DNA of 64,000 bases from Alphaproteobacteria bacterium (GTDB lineage Bacteria; Pseudomonadota; Alphaproteobacteria; MPNO01): positions 96,001 through 160,000 of the forward strand of contig CBDFLJ010000002.1 of the NCBI GenBank assembly GCA_965248835.1. The letters are read 5' to 3'. This document shows positions 34,813 through 43,918 of this stretch, in pieces. Numbering within the stretch: position 1 is the stretch's first letter; each line of letters opens with the position of its first letter. Both the position numbers and the translations under genes were made by a program. Below the pieces are notes generated by a model, which worked only from the letters and a program-made list of their open reading frames with translations, was not told the DNA's origin and did no database searches.

Positions 34813-35253
34813 TTTGCTGAAATCGCTGTCCTCGAAATCTCGCTGACCAACGATCTTCAGGAGATCGCCGTCACGGCGGCGCAAATCGACGAATTTTGCG
34901 CTGCACGAGACCTGTCGCCGGCCATCGCCTTCGCCGTCAACCTGTCGGTCGATGAACTGCTGACCAACACGATCAGCTACGGCTACGACGACGGCACGCC
35001 CCATCGGATCGATATCGTGGTCCGCATGGACGGCAGCGTAATCGTCGTCGAGATCACCGACGATGCCAAGCCGTTCGATCCGTTCGAGGTCCAGAAACCC
35101 GATACCGACGCCGCGCTCGAGGATCGGCCGATCGGCGGATTGGGCGTCCACTTCGTCCGCGAGATGATGGACGGGTATCAGTACCGCCGCAGTCGGGGAC
35201 GCAACATCGTGACCTTGACCAAGGATACAAGGGGCGCCGCCGCCGGGACCTGA
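34813..35253 (+). CDS. RsbW/SpoIIAB-like anti-sigma factor Ser/Thr kinase (HATPase); lacks a canonical start codon
   Basis: Frame extended by hand: AEIAVLEISLTNDLQEI...NLSVDELLTNTISYGY...EITDDAKPFDP...RPIGGLGVHFVREMMD...YRR..GRNIV. TTT occupies the expected start position. Confidence 0.85.
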   Translation, partial: FAEIAVLEISLTNDLQEIAVTAAQIDEFCAARDLSPAIAFAVNLSVDELLTNTISYGYDDGTPHRIDIVVRMDGSVIVVEITDDAKPFDPFEVQKPDTDAALEDRPIGGLGVHFVREMMDGYQYRRSRGRNIVTLTKDTRGAAAGT

Positions 35254-35260
35254 AGGATGA

Positions 35261-35288
35261 GGCGCCGGGCATCGGGCATGCCGGCGCC
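35261..35288. terminator. GC hairpin between convergent genes
   Basis: GGCGCCGG-N12-CCGGCGCC; no U tract. Confidence 0.35.
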
Positions 35289-35294
35289 GCGCGG

Positions 35295-37241
35295 TCAGGC
35301 GGGCCCGCCGTTGTACCTCAGCACCAGACAGGTGATGTCGTCGGATTGCGGCGCCTCGCCGACGAATTCGGCGACCGCAAGGGTCACGTTTTCGATCACG
35401 ATGTCGACGGGGATCTCGTGGCCGACAGACAGCGCGGTTCGAATGCGTGCCTCTTCGAACATTTCGCCATCGCTGTTCATGGCTTCGGATATACCGTCGG
35501 TATACATGAACAGCGTGTCCCCCGCGGCAAGCGTCAGGCTTTTCTCTTCGTATGGCAGTTCCGGCAGGACGCCGATCGCGACCCCTCCGGTCAACGGCAA
35601 CACCTCGATCCCGCCGTCTTGTCGAACCAGGTACGGCGGATTGTGACCGCCATTGGCGTAGCTGAAATGGCCCGTTGACGGATCCAGAATGCCGTAGAAC
35701 AGCGTCACGAACAGATCGTGGGGGTTCTGCGAGCAGATCCCGTCATTGACCAGGCGCAGGCAGTCACCGGCCCGGTCGGTGTCCTGCGCGGTGGTGCGCG
35801 TAACCGTCCTTGCGATCGCCATGAAGAACGCCGCGGAGACGCCCTTGCCGGAGACATCGGCGATCACCACGCCGAGGCGGCCGTCCGGCAGGGTGAAGAA
35901 ATCGTAGAAGTCGCCGCCCATCTCGCGCGCCGGAGTCATCAGGGCGTGCCCCGAATAAGCGGTGTTTCGCGGCAAGGTCTTCGGCAGAATCGCGCCCTGG
36001 AGGGAATGCGCGATGGCGAGCTCGTCGTCCATGCGCTGTTTGGCCTGATCGAGTTGCGCGTTCTTCTGCTCCAGGTCCAACGTGCGCTCAGCGACCAGGG
36101 CTTCAAGATGTTCCTCGCGTGCCTGGACTTCGCGCGCCATCGTCTGGAAGACGCGGATCAGCCGTCCCAGCTCGTCCCGCCGGTGGCCGACGCGGTCGAG
36201 CGACTCCGGGGCGAAACTGCGCCGGTCCATCTCCTCGGCTGCCCGGGTCAGAGCCATGACCGGCCGCGTGATGCGGCGGGCCGACAATATTGCCGTCACC
36301 GAGCCGATCAGGAAGGCGGCGGCCGCAACGACCAGACCGAACATGAGGTAATCGGCGAGCAACCGGTCGAGCTGGTCACGCGGCATGTGGATGATCGCAA
36401 CGCCGGTGGCAACGCCGCCGCGGTCCAGGATGGGCGCGCCGACATGGAGCTCGTCCCGGCTCAGAAAGGACTGTGCGCCCGCACCGAGTACGCGGCCGGC
36501 GAGCGCCCTGTCGGCGGCCATAAACACCGGTTCCGGCGCGCCGCCGTGCGTGCCGCTGGCGACCGCGGCATTCACCTGAAGTGAATCGTCGACCACCCAG
36601 ATCGCCCGGACTCCGGGTTGCCCGGCCAGCGAGCCCAGCGTCGCCGCGAGGCTGATGATCTCGCGCAGGTGCGTGGTCTTGTCCACCAGGCTGCCGACCA
36701 GCACCGGCCCGCCGCCGCGGGTGCGGACGCCGACATATCGCAAGGGGCGCTCCAACCCGTCCCGCGGCACCGACTGGAGGGTGACGGAGAAACGGCGTCC
36801 CGACAGGAGGGTTTGCAAGACCGGTCCGTCGATATCCTCCAGAGCCATGTCGGTGCCGGCCTGGCTGAGCCCGTTGATGGCGCGCGCCGACGGCGTTCCG
36901 CTTTCGTCCAATATCCAGATGTCGTCGATAACGCTGTTCGCGGTAATCTCGGCGAGGTGAATGGCCAGCGCGCCGGCGTCGGGGCCGACGACCTCCGCCA
37001 AGTGGGCCAGCGCGATCGCCTGTGCCTCTTTCTCTTGCGCGACGACGCGGTCGATCTCGTCGGATATCAGCCCGGCTCGGTTGGCCTCGCCCGCGATCAG
37101 GCCGGCGACAAGCCGCGCTTGGTTCTCGGCCTGGCCGATCAGCGCATCGCGGGCCAGGAGGCCCAACGCTATCGCCACGCCGAGGATGGCAACGCCGACC
37201 GACGCCGAGACGATCAGGACCAGATGCCGGGACAGACTCAC
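35295..37241 (-). CDS. Membrane sensor PP2C/SpoIIE phosphatase (TM-periplasmic-TM-HAMP-SpoIIE), RsbU-like
   Basis: Two TMs, HAMP (ITRPVMALT...DELGRL..F..M), GGDFYD, DVSGKG, NGGH, YTDGISE, DDIT. GTGA overlap with the upstream permease. Confidence 0.92.
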   Translation of the reverse strand: MSLSRHLVLIVSASVGVAILGVAIALGLLARDALIGQAENQARLVAGLIAGEANRAGLISDEIDRVVAQEKEAQAIALAHLAEVVGPDAGALAIHLAEITANSVIDDIWILDESGTPSARAINGLSQAGTDMALEDIDGPVLQTLLSGRRFSVTLQSVPRDGLERPLRYVGVRTRGGGPVLVGSLVDKTTHLREIISLAATLGSLAGQPGVRAIWVVDDSLQVNAAVASGTHGGAPEPVFMAADRALAGRVLGAGAQSFLSRDELHVGAPILDRGGVATGVAIIHMPRDQLDRLLADYLMFGLVVAAAAFLIGSVTAILSARRITRPVMALTRAAEEMDRRSFAPESLDRVGHRRDELGRLIRVFQTMAREVQAREEHLEALVAERTLDLEQKNAQLDQAKQRMDDELAIAHSLQGAILPKTLPRNTAYSGHALMTPAREMGGDFYDFFTLPDGRLGVVIADVSGKGVSAAFFMAIARTVTRTTAQDTDRAGDCLRLVNDGICSQNPHDLFVTLFYGILDPSTGHFSYANGGHNPPYLVRQDGGIEVLPLTGGVAIGVLPELPYEEKSLTLAAGDTLFMYTDGISEAMNSDGEMFEEARIRTALSVGHEIPVDIVIENVTLAVAEFVGEAPQSDDITCLVLRYNGGPA

Positions 37242-37870
37242 GTGTGCTGCTCCGCCAGGTGGACGCGCAAGCCCCGCATCACCAAGGTCACCGCGGCCGC
37301 GAAAGCGAGGAACCAGATCATTGCGTAAAGATAGACCCAGAACGAGAAATCGTTCCTGCCGATCGCGCCGATCACGGTCTCGGCCCGGTGGACGAGTTCC
37401 GGCACGCCAATGACCGAGGCGGTAGCGGAGGCCATGACGATGATCAGGAAATAGCTGGTCCAGGACGGCAGGAACAGCAGCGCTTCTGCGGTCTCTCGGC
37501 GTCTGAGGTGCCGCAGCGCGGCGAGCGCGTTGTCGGACACATAGCCGGCCACCGCGATCGCCAGCGCGAGCGATGCCTTGATCCAGGCCGGCACGGTCAC
37601 GACGACGCCAAGGAGTTCGAAGGTTCCGGGGACGGCATAGGCGAGATAGAACAGCATCACGAAGGTCGGCGCGCTGCGGGCGAACACCGTCAGCGCGCCG
37701 CCGCCCCGGCTGACGCCCGAAACGGAGCCGGCCCGCATCAACGCCAGCAGCAGCCCGATCGGCGTACCGATCGCCATCGCGGCCAGCGAGACGGCCATGT
37801 TCCAGCCGAACCCGCCCGCGAGGTAGGGCGTCCAGGTTATCAGCACGTCGGCAACATCGAGCATCGTCAT
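37238..37870 (-). CDS. Polar amino-acid ABC permease-like protein (HisM-type, EAA loop shortened)
   Basis: YLAGGFGWN, RSAPTFVMLF, ASVIGVPELV. ATGA overlap with the upstream gene. Confidence 0.8.
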   Translation of the reverse strand: MTMLDVADVLITWTPYLAGGFGWNMAVSLAAMAIGTPIGLLLALMRAGSVSGVSRGGGALTVFARSAPTFVMLFYLAYAVPGTFELLGVVVTVPAWIKASLALAIAVAGYVSDNALAALRHLRRRETAEALLFLPSWTSYFLIIVMASATASVIGVPELVHRAETVIGAIGRNDFSFWVYLYAMIWFLAFAAAVTLVMRGLRVHLAEQHT

Positions 37871-39477
37871 GACGCGTGGCCCCGCTGTTCCCAAAGGCGG
37901 AAGAGCTGGACCGTGAGGAAGACCAGTACGAAGTAGCAGATCAGCAGCAGGTTCATCATCACGTCGTCATTGCCTTTTTCGGCAACGATGGCGGTGCTGG
38001 CGTGCACCAGCTCCGGCAATGCCAGGGTGCTGGCCATCCCGGTCGCCTTGACGATGTTGACCGAATTGCCCATCACCGCGGCGTGGCACAGGCGCAGCGC
38101 CCGGCGGAACTCCCGGATTCTGAAGCCCAGCGCGCCGCCCGTGCCGGCGGCGACGTCCGCCGCCAGGGCGAACGAAACGGCATTGCTGGCTGCGGCGTAT
38201 AGCGACAACACCACGGATGTGACGGTGAATGCGTCGAGCGAGAAGCCGAGCGCCAGAATGACACCGCCAAGCCCGAAAAAGACGACATAGAGTTGCAGCA
38301 ACGGCGGCGTCATCCGCAAGACCGCGCAAAACGCATGCAGAAACCCACCGACGACCGGCACGCGCCGATGCATCAGCCAACCGAACACCGCGCCCAGGAC
38401 GATGCTGCCCATGACCGTCACGATCGACAGCGCGGCCGTCAGGGCCAGGCCGAAGAGAAAGACGTTGCGGTCCAGCGGGTCGTAGAGCAGGCTGACGTCC
38501 AGACCCGTCGCCTCCATCAGCATCAGGGATACCCCGGAAATGCCACCCAGTTCGCGGCCCGCGACCAGCGCGACCTCGCGGCATGCCAGCGGCCATCTTC
38601 CGGCGTCGTCGCGCCGGCAGACCAATTCGCCGGCCGCGTCGGTCTGCTGCCAAGTCGACCGGGCGCGCCGCAAATAGGGTGAGGGCGGCAACCCCCACCG
38701 CTTCTCCAGCTCTTGCAGGAAGCCGCCGCGGTGCCATCCGGCCAGCGTGTCGCCCAGCAGTCGATCCAGGCGGCTGCCCGCCTCTTCCTTGGCGATGGCG
38801 ATCGCCCAGGGTGAAACGAAACGCGTAGGCAAGGACACGCTGTAGCCGTCCCAGTCTCCGCTCGCCAGCTCATTCAACAGGTTGACTTCGTCGTACAGCC
38901 AACCGATGCAGTGCCCGTTGCGCAAGGCCAGCAAGGCCTCCCGCGTGGAGTTGAGGGAGATCGGCTCGACCAGGAGACGTTCGCGGGCGAGGCGATTCCA
39001 CAGCGAGCCCTGGACGCTGCACAGCGTCCGGCCCCGCAGGTCCTGCCAATCGGAGATCCGCGCATCCGGCCGCAACAGGACGTTGGCGCCGTCGCCGTAA
39101 TATTGCGGCTCGACCATGGTAACGAGCTCGCGGCGGCTGCGGGTGTCGCCCAGCGTGGCGACGATGACGTCGATTTCTCCGCGCTGGAGCTTCTGCAGCC
39201 GGTTGGCGCTGGTCACTGGTTTCAACCGCAGCGACACGCCGATGGCTTCGGCCAAGGCGCGGGCGACATCGGTATCGTAGCCGACCAGGGCGCCGCTGGC
39301 GTCGCGGAAGCCGAAGGGTCGGTAGTCGGCCTTGACCCCGGCAACCAGATAGCCGCGGCCGCGGATCTCCTCAAGCCGGTCGGCTGCGGCCGCGCCGACG
39401 CTGCACAGCCACACGCCGAATGCGATAAGCACGAAACCTGCATAGGGGCATGGGCGGTGCCGGCCAGAAGTGCTCAC
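37867..39477 (-). CDS. Fused SBP family 3 binding domain plus amino-acid ABC permease
   Basis: Signal peptide, RLEEIRGRGYLVAGVKADYRPFGF, VTSANR..L..GEID, then FLFGLALT, LRMTPPLLQL, IVKATGMAS. GTG start overlaps the methyltransferase stop. Confidence 0.85.
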   Translation of the reverse strand: MSTSGRHRPCPYAGFVLIAFGVWLCSVGAAAADRLEEIRGRGYLVAGVKADYRPFGFRDASGALVGYDTDVARALAEAIGVSLRLKPVTSANRLQKLQRGEIDVIVATLGDTRSRRELVTMVEPQYYGDGANVLLRPDARISDWQDLRGRTLCSVQGSLWNRLARERLLVEPISLNSTREALLALRNGHCIGWLYDEVNLLNELASGDWDGYSVSLPTRFVSPWAIAIAKEEAGSRLDRLLGDTLAGWHRGGFLQELEKRWGLPPSPYLRRARSTWQQTDAAGELVCRRDDAGRWPLACREVALVAGRELGGISGVSLMLMEATGLDVSLLYDPLDRNVFLFGLALTAALSIVTVMGSIVLGAVFGWLMHRRVPVVGGFLHAFCAVLRMTPPLLQLYVVFFGLGGVILALGFSLDAFTVTSVVLSLYAAASNAVSFALAADVAAGTGGALGFRIREFRRALRLCHAAVMGNSVNIVKATGMASTLALPELVHASTAIVAEKGNDDVMMNLLLICYFVLVFLTVQLFRLWEQRGHAS

Positions 39478-40322
39478 GGAGCGCCCGGAGCCCGAGGTCG
39501 GCTCACGATCAAGAAACCGTAGCCGCTGGCCACGGGCGCGAGCCGGCACGCCAGGTCGTCCAGTCGGCCGAGCAACGGCTTGCCGACAACAAGACTTTCG
39601 GGCAGCAGGCTCTCGGGTTCCATGCTCTCGATGCGGAAACCTGCGGCCGAGAGGTCGCGGTGTACCTCCGGCGGACGGAAGAGGTGGTAGAACAGCCGGA
39701 TCTCGTCGCGGCCGCGGCCGCGCGTATAGAGTATGTCGCCGGGCTCGAGTTCGCCGGCCCGCACCAGCGGGTCCGCCGCGCGTTGTTCGGCGCGAAACCG
39801 CCGTCGCGCATTCGGCAGGCCAAGGATCAGGACGCCGTCCGGTTTCAGCATTTCGCGCACCGCTCCGAGCAGGCGCATGCGCTCCGCCCGTCCGGCGACG
39901 TGCCCCAGAACCCCGAAAGTCAAAAGCGTGAGATCGAACGCGCAACGATACTTCTCGGCCAGCGCGGTCAGGTCGCCGTTCCGGATGACGAGCCGTCCGT
40001 CGCCCACGAACGCGCGCAGGCGCTCCGCCATCGTCTGGCACGCCGCCGGACAGACATCGTAGGCCACCCCGTTCGCCCGGGTCAGTTCCATCAGCGGCAG
40101 CGTGTAACGTCCCGTGCCCGCGCCAAAGTCGAGGAAGCGGCCTTCGGCGGGCAGACAGCGCAGCGACGTCCTCAGCGTGCGCCGGTTCGGGCGTGGATAG
40201 CGCTGGTCGTAAAGGCCGGAGGAGATGTAGGCCTCGTAACTGCCGGCCATGTCGGGCACTTCCGCCTGCGGTGCGGGCGTGTCGTGGTCCGGGACGCTAG
40301 CGGCGTCCCTGGGTGCGATCAT
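39474..40322 (-). CDS. Class I SAM-dependent methyltransferase
   Basis: FLDFGAGTGRY motif I, YDVC, FGVLGHV, LKPDG. Confidence 0.85.
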   Translation of the reverse strand: MIAPRDAASVPDHDTPAPQAEVPDMAGSYEAYISSGLYDQRYPRPNRRTLRTSLRCLPAEGRFLDFGAGTGRYTLPLMELTRANGVAYDVCPAACQTMAERLRAFVGDGRLVIRNGDLTALAEKYRCAFDLTLLTFGVLGHVAGRAERMRLLGAVREMLKPDGVLILGLPNARRRFRAEQRAADPLVRAGELEPGDILYTRGRGRDEIRLFYHLFRPPEVHRDLSAAGFRIESMEPESLLPESLVVGKPLLGRLDDLACRLAPVASGYGFLIVSRPRAPGAP

Positions 40323-40414
40323 TGTCCCTCCGTCGGCCTCGGCTCATTGGGGGCTTGTCTCCGAAGCGACGACATCATTATGCTGCCGACATCGGGTCAA
40401 CCCTAATATTGGCG

Positions 40415-40489
40415 GTCCCGGTTGGCAATGCATTACGCAGTCCCGGTCGGCAATGCATAGTATTGCGGCGGTCCCGTTGGGCAAATTGC
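40415..40489. repeat. Three direct repeats in a divergent promoter region
   Basis: GTCCCGGTTGGCAATGCAT (40415), GTCCCGGTCGGCAATGCAT (40440), GTCCCGTTGGGCAAATTGC (40471). Confidence 0.75.
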
Positions 40490-40575
40490 GCGCTGGAATC
40501 GGCTCTGGAAGGGGCGGGCATGAGGACTTGCGGACGCGCAACGCCTGGATTGCCGATGGCGAAAAGGGGCAAAGG

Positions 40576-41478
40576 TTGAGACCGCGAGTCAAGGATCCGT
40601 TGCGACGCTGGTCGATGGCGGCGGTGCTGGTGTTGGCCGGGCTGGCGGCCCACGCCGGAGCGCACGCGGCCGATGGCGTCCTGGAACGGGTCGCGGCCGA
40701 GGGGGTGATTCGCGCGGGCACCCGGGCAAGCGCGGCGCCCTTCGCCCAGAAGACGGCCTCCGGAGAGTTCGAGGGATTTTCGGTCGACCTGCTCGAGGAG
40801 ATCCGCGCAGCCGCCCAGAGGACGGTCGGCCGGGCCGTCCGGCTTGCGCTTTTCGAAGTTACCCCGGCCGATCGGCTGCAGCGCGTCGCAGCCGGCGAGA
40901 TCGACATCGTCTGTGGCATCACCACGCCGACCTGGAAGCGGGAAGGTCTGGTGGATTTCTCCCTGCCGTTCTTCCGCGACGGGACCCGTGTGATGGTCTA
41001 TCGTGGGCGTGCTGGGCGCGTCGCAGACATCCACCGGCTCAAGATCGGCGTGGTCCAGGGCACCACCACCGTAGCGGTTGTCAAAGATCGGCTGCCCGCG
41101 GCCAGTCTGCGCGTTTACGCCAACATGGGCAATGCGATGCGCGGGCTGGAGACCGGCGAGGTCGAGGGCGTGGCCAATGTCGGCGTCGTGCTGCTCGGGC
41201 TGAGTGCACGCAGCAAGCCGCGGCGCAGCGTCGTGTTGTTGCCCAGGACCCGCGCGTTGGCGACGGAAACTCTGGCCTGTGTCCTGCCGCAGAACGACAG
41301 CCGTTGGCGGGATCTGATCAACCGGACCTTGGTCGAGATGTATCTCGACGTGGAAGACTTCCGCGGCCGTTACGAGGAAATCTACAACCGCTGGTTCGGT
41401 CGCGACAGTGCGCTGTTCTATCCGCTCGACCGCGGTACCCGCGCCTACCTTGCCGATATCTCGGTCTGGGCCAGGTGA
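40576..41478 (+). CDS. Periplasmic amino-acid (Glu/Asp/Gln-type) binding protein, SBP family 3
   Basis: Signal peptide, GTRASAAPF, GFSVDL, VTPADR...GEIDIVCG.TT.T..R...VDFSLPFF, GTTT. Start uncertain (40576-40615). Confidence 0.85.
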   Translation: MRPRVKDPLRRWSMAAVLVLAGLAAHAGAHAADGVLERVAAEGVIRAGTRASAAPFAQKTASGEFEGFSVDLLEEIRAAAQRTVGRAVRLALFEVTPADRLQRVAAGEIDIVCGITTPTWKREGLVDFSLPFFRDGTRVMVYRGRAGRVADIHRLKIGVVQGTTTVAVVKDRLPAASLRVYANMGNAMRGLETGEVEGVANVGVVLLGLSARSKPRRSVVLLPRTRALATETLACVLPQNDSRWRDLINRTLVEMYLDVEDFRGRYEEIYNRWFGRDSALFYPLDRGTRAYLADISVWAR

Positions 41479-41579
41479 TCGCCTCGATGTGCGCCGGCCG
41501 CGTTCGATCCGGATCCCGGATCCCGGGATCGAATCGAACAACATGGGGCTGCCGTCGGCTGCCAGGACGCAGACCTGAA

Positions 41580-42968
41580 ATGAACCGCCGCAAGGTTGGC
41601 CCTCCGGGGTCCAGGGCGCGGCTTGGTGCAGCTCTGCCCTTCGGCTTCGCGGCCGCACTCTCCCTGGCGCTCTTCTCCTCGGAAGCGCGCGCCGCGCTCG
41701 ATAGCGAGACCCAGTTCGTCCTGAACAGTTTTTCGTTCCTGGTGTGGGGCGCACTCGTGATGTGGATGTGCGCCGGCTTTACCATGCTCGAAGCGGGTTC
41801 GGTGCGCACCAAGAACGCCTCCGTGATCTGCCTCAAGAACATCGGCCTCTATTCTATCGCCGGGCTGATGTTTTACTTGGTCGGCTACAACATCATGTAT
41901 GTTGACGTCGAGGCGGGCGGCTGGTTCGGCTCCCTCGCACTCCTTTACGAGACCTCGGCCGAAGAAGTCGCCATGTTGCAGGGCGGGGCGGAGACGACGG
42001 CCGCGGTCGTCAAGACCGGCCATGCGACGATGTCGGGCTGAATTTTCCAGATGGTGTTCGTGGCCACGACGGCCTCGATCGTGTCCGGCGCCTTGGCCGA
42101 ACGGGCAAAGCTGTGGTCGTTTCTGGTCTTCGTTACCGTGCTCACGACGATCATCTATCCGGTCGTCGGCGCCTGGACGTGGGGCGGCGGATGGCTCGCC
42201 GAAATGGGTTTCAAGGACTTCGCCGGATCGACCATCGTGCACTCGACCGGCGGCTGGGCGGCGTTGGCCGGCGCCCTCGTCGTCGGCGCGCGGAAAGGCA
42301 AGTTCCGCCAAGATGGCAGCGTCAAGGCGACCCCGCCGTCGAACGTACCCGCGGTGACGCTGGGCGTGTTCATTCTCTGGCTCGGTTGGTTCGGTTTCAA
42401 CGGCGGTTCGCAGTTGGCGCTCGCCGGTGTCGTCGACGCGGTGGCGATCAGCAATATCCTGGCCAACACGAACCTCGCCGCGGCCGCGGGCGTGATGTCG
42501 GCGATGTGCTTGTCGCGGCCCATCCTGGGGCGCCTCGATCTGCTCGCGAGCCTGAACGGCGCTATCGCCGGACTGGTGGCGATTACCGCGGGGCCCGACA
42601 TCGTCGATCACTATTGGGCTGTCGTCATCGGCGCGGTCGGCGGCGCCGTATGCGTCGCCGGTCTGAAGCTCCTGGAGCGCTTCAAGATCGACGATGTCGT
42701 CGGCGCAATCCCGGCCCATCTGTTCGCCGGCATCTGGGGGACGCTCGCGGTTTGCATTGCAGGCGGCGGCGATCTGCTGGTACAAATTGCCGGAATCGCG
42801 GCCATCGGCGCCGCGGTATTCGGTGCCTCTTGGTTGACGTGGTCGGTCATAAAGTGGACGATTGGCGTGCGTACCACGCCGATCGTCGAGCAGTTGGGTC
42901 AGGATGTGGCGGAGTTGGGCATCGAGGCCTATCCGGAATTCGTGGTCGTGCCAGACGCCGATGACTGA
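41580..42968 (+). pseudogene. amtB: Ammonium transporter (Amt) interrupted by one in-frame TGA at 42039-42041
   Basis: LVMWMCAGFTMLEAG.VR.KN, then SG*IFQMVFVAT, AER, DFAGSTIVH, WFGFNGGS, IDDVVGAIPAH. Both halves are in the same frame. Confidence 0.88.
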
Positions 42969-43069
42969 GGGCCGAACAGCCCGCCCAAGCGGGGCGGTAC
43001 CGCGTGTGGCCTGCCGCCGGACGGACATGGGATGTAATTCGAAGGGGGCGACCCCGGGAGACGAAGACG

Positions 43070-43408
43070 ATGGACGTTACGACCGAACGGCATGACGATG
43101 TTCTGTCCGCCGACGTGGGCGGGCGCATCGACGGATCCAATGTCGTCCAGTTCGAGGAAGCGATCAGAACCGCGATCGAGGACAGCGACCGCGCCGTGAT
43201 CATGGATTTCGGGAAGCTGGTATATATCAGCAGCGCGGGCCTTCGCGCCGTCCTGTTGACGGCCAAGTCCCTCCACAGCCGTGACGCCAAGCTGTTGCTT
43301 TGCTCGCTTTCGGGGCCGATCCGCGAGGTCTTCGAGATAAGCGGTTTTGACAAGATCCTGCCCATTCACCCGTCCCGGGCCGAAGCTCTCTCGTCTCTGG
43401 GCGGCTGA
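43070..43408 (+). CDS. STAS domain anti-sigma factor antagonist 1
   Basis: GRIDGSN, MDFGKLVYISSAGLR (phosphorylatable Ser), EVFEISGFD. Confidence 0.92.
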   Translation: MDVTTERHDDVLSADVGGRIDGSNVVQFEEAIRTAIEDSDRAVIMDFGKLVYISSAGLRAVLLTAKSLHSRDAKLLLCSLSGPIREVFEISGFDKILPIHPSRAEALSSLGG

Positions 43409-43561
43409 TGCCGGAGATACCGATCGCTTGCAGCGCCTGGCCTGGAGCGCGACGACGCCGTCCCGGATCGGGGATATCTCGTTGCGAGCCACCCTTTCGC
43501 CCGCTAGCTTCGAAGTGCCGGATCGAACGTCTATTCTCTATTTCGGAGATAACCAGACAGC

Positions 43562-43918
43562 ATGCTGAACGTTACAGAAGAAAAAGCCGCCTCTGTGGCC
43601 ATCGTCTTGATCGACGGCCGTGCCGATGGCGTGACGGCGCCGGACCTTGAAGACCGGATCGTGAAAATTGTCGAACGCGGCGATGTCGATGTGTTGCTTG
43701 ATTGTGAAAAGATGGAATACATCAGCAGCGCAGGGTTGCGTGTCCTTCTCATAGGCGCCAGAAAATGCGAACAGAACGGCGGCAAGCTGTCGATTTGTGC
43801 GCTGCAGCCCGATTGTAGATCGGTCATCGAAATCGGCGGATTTCAAACGGTAATCGATTGTTATGACACACGCGAAGCCGCCCTCGCGGCCGCAGCGCAG
43901 CGGAGCGCAACATGCTGA
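43562..43918 (+). CDS. STAS domain anti-sigma factor antagonist 2
   Basis: GRADG, LDCEKMEYISSAGLRVL, VIEIGGF. Confidence 0.9.
   Translation: MLNVTEEKAASVAIVLIDGRADGVTAPDLEDRIVKIVERGDVDVLLDCEKMEYISSAGLRVLLIGARKCEQNGGKLSICALQPDCRSVIEIGGFQTVIDCYDTREAALAAAAQRSATC

Noticed and set aside
40422-40438. Sigma54 promoter in the divergent region
   Set aside because: TGGCA is present, but the GG-N10-GC spacing is off by one base, so it is not called.
42039-42041. Selenocysteine or alternative genetic code explaining the Amt TGA
   Set aside because: The position corresponds to Trp, not Cys, and TGA terminates many intact genes in this window.
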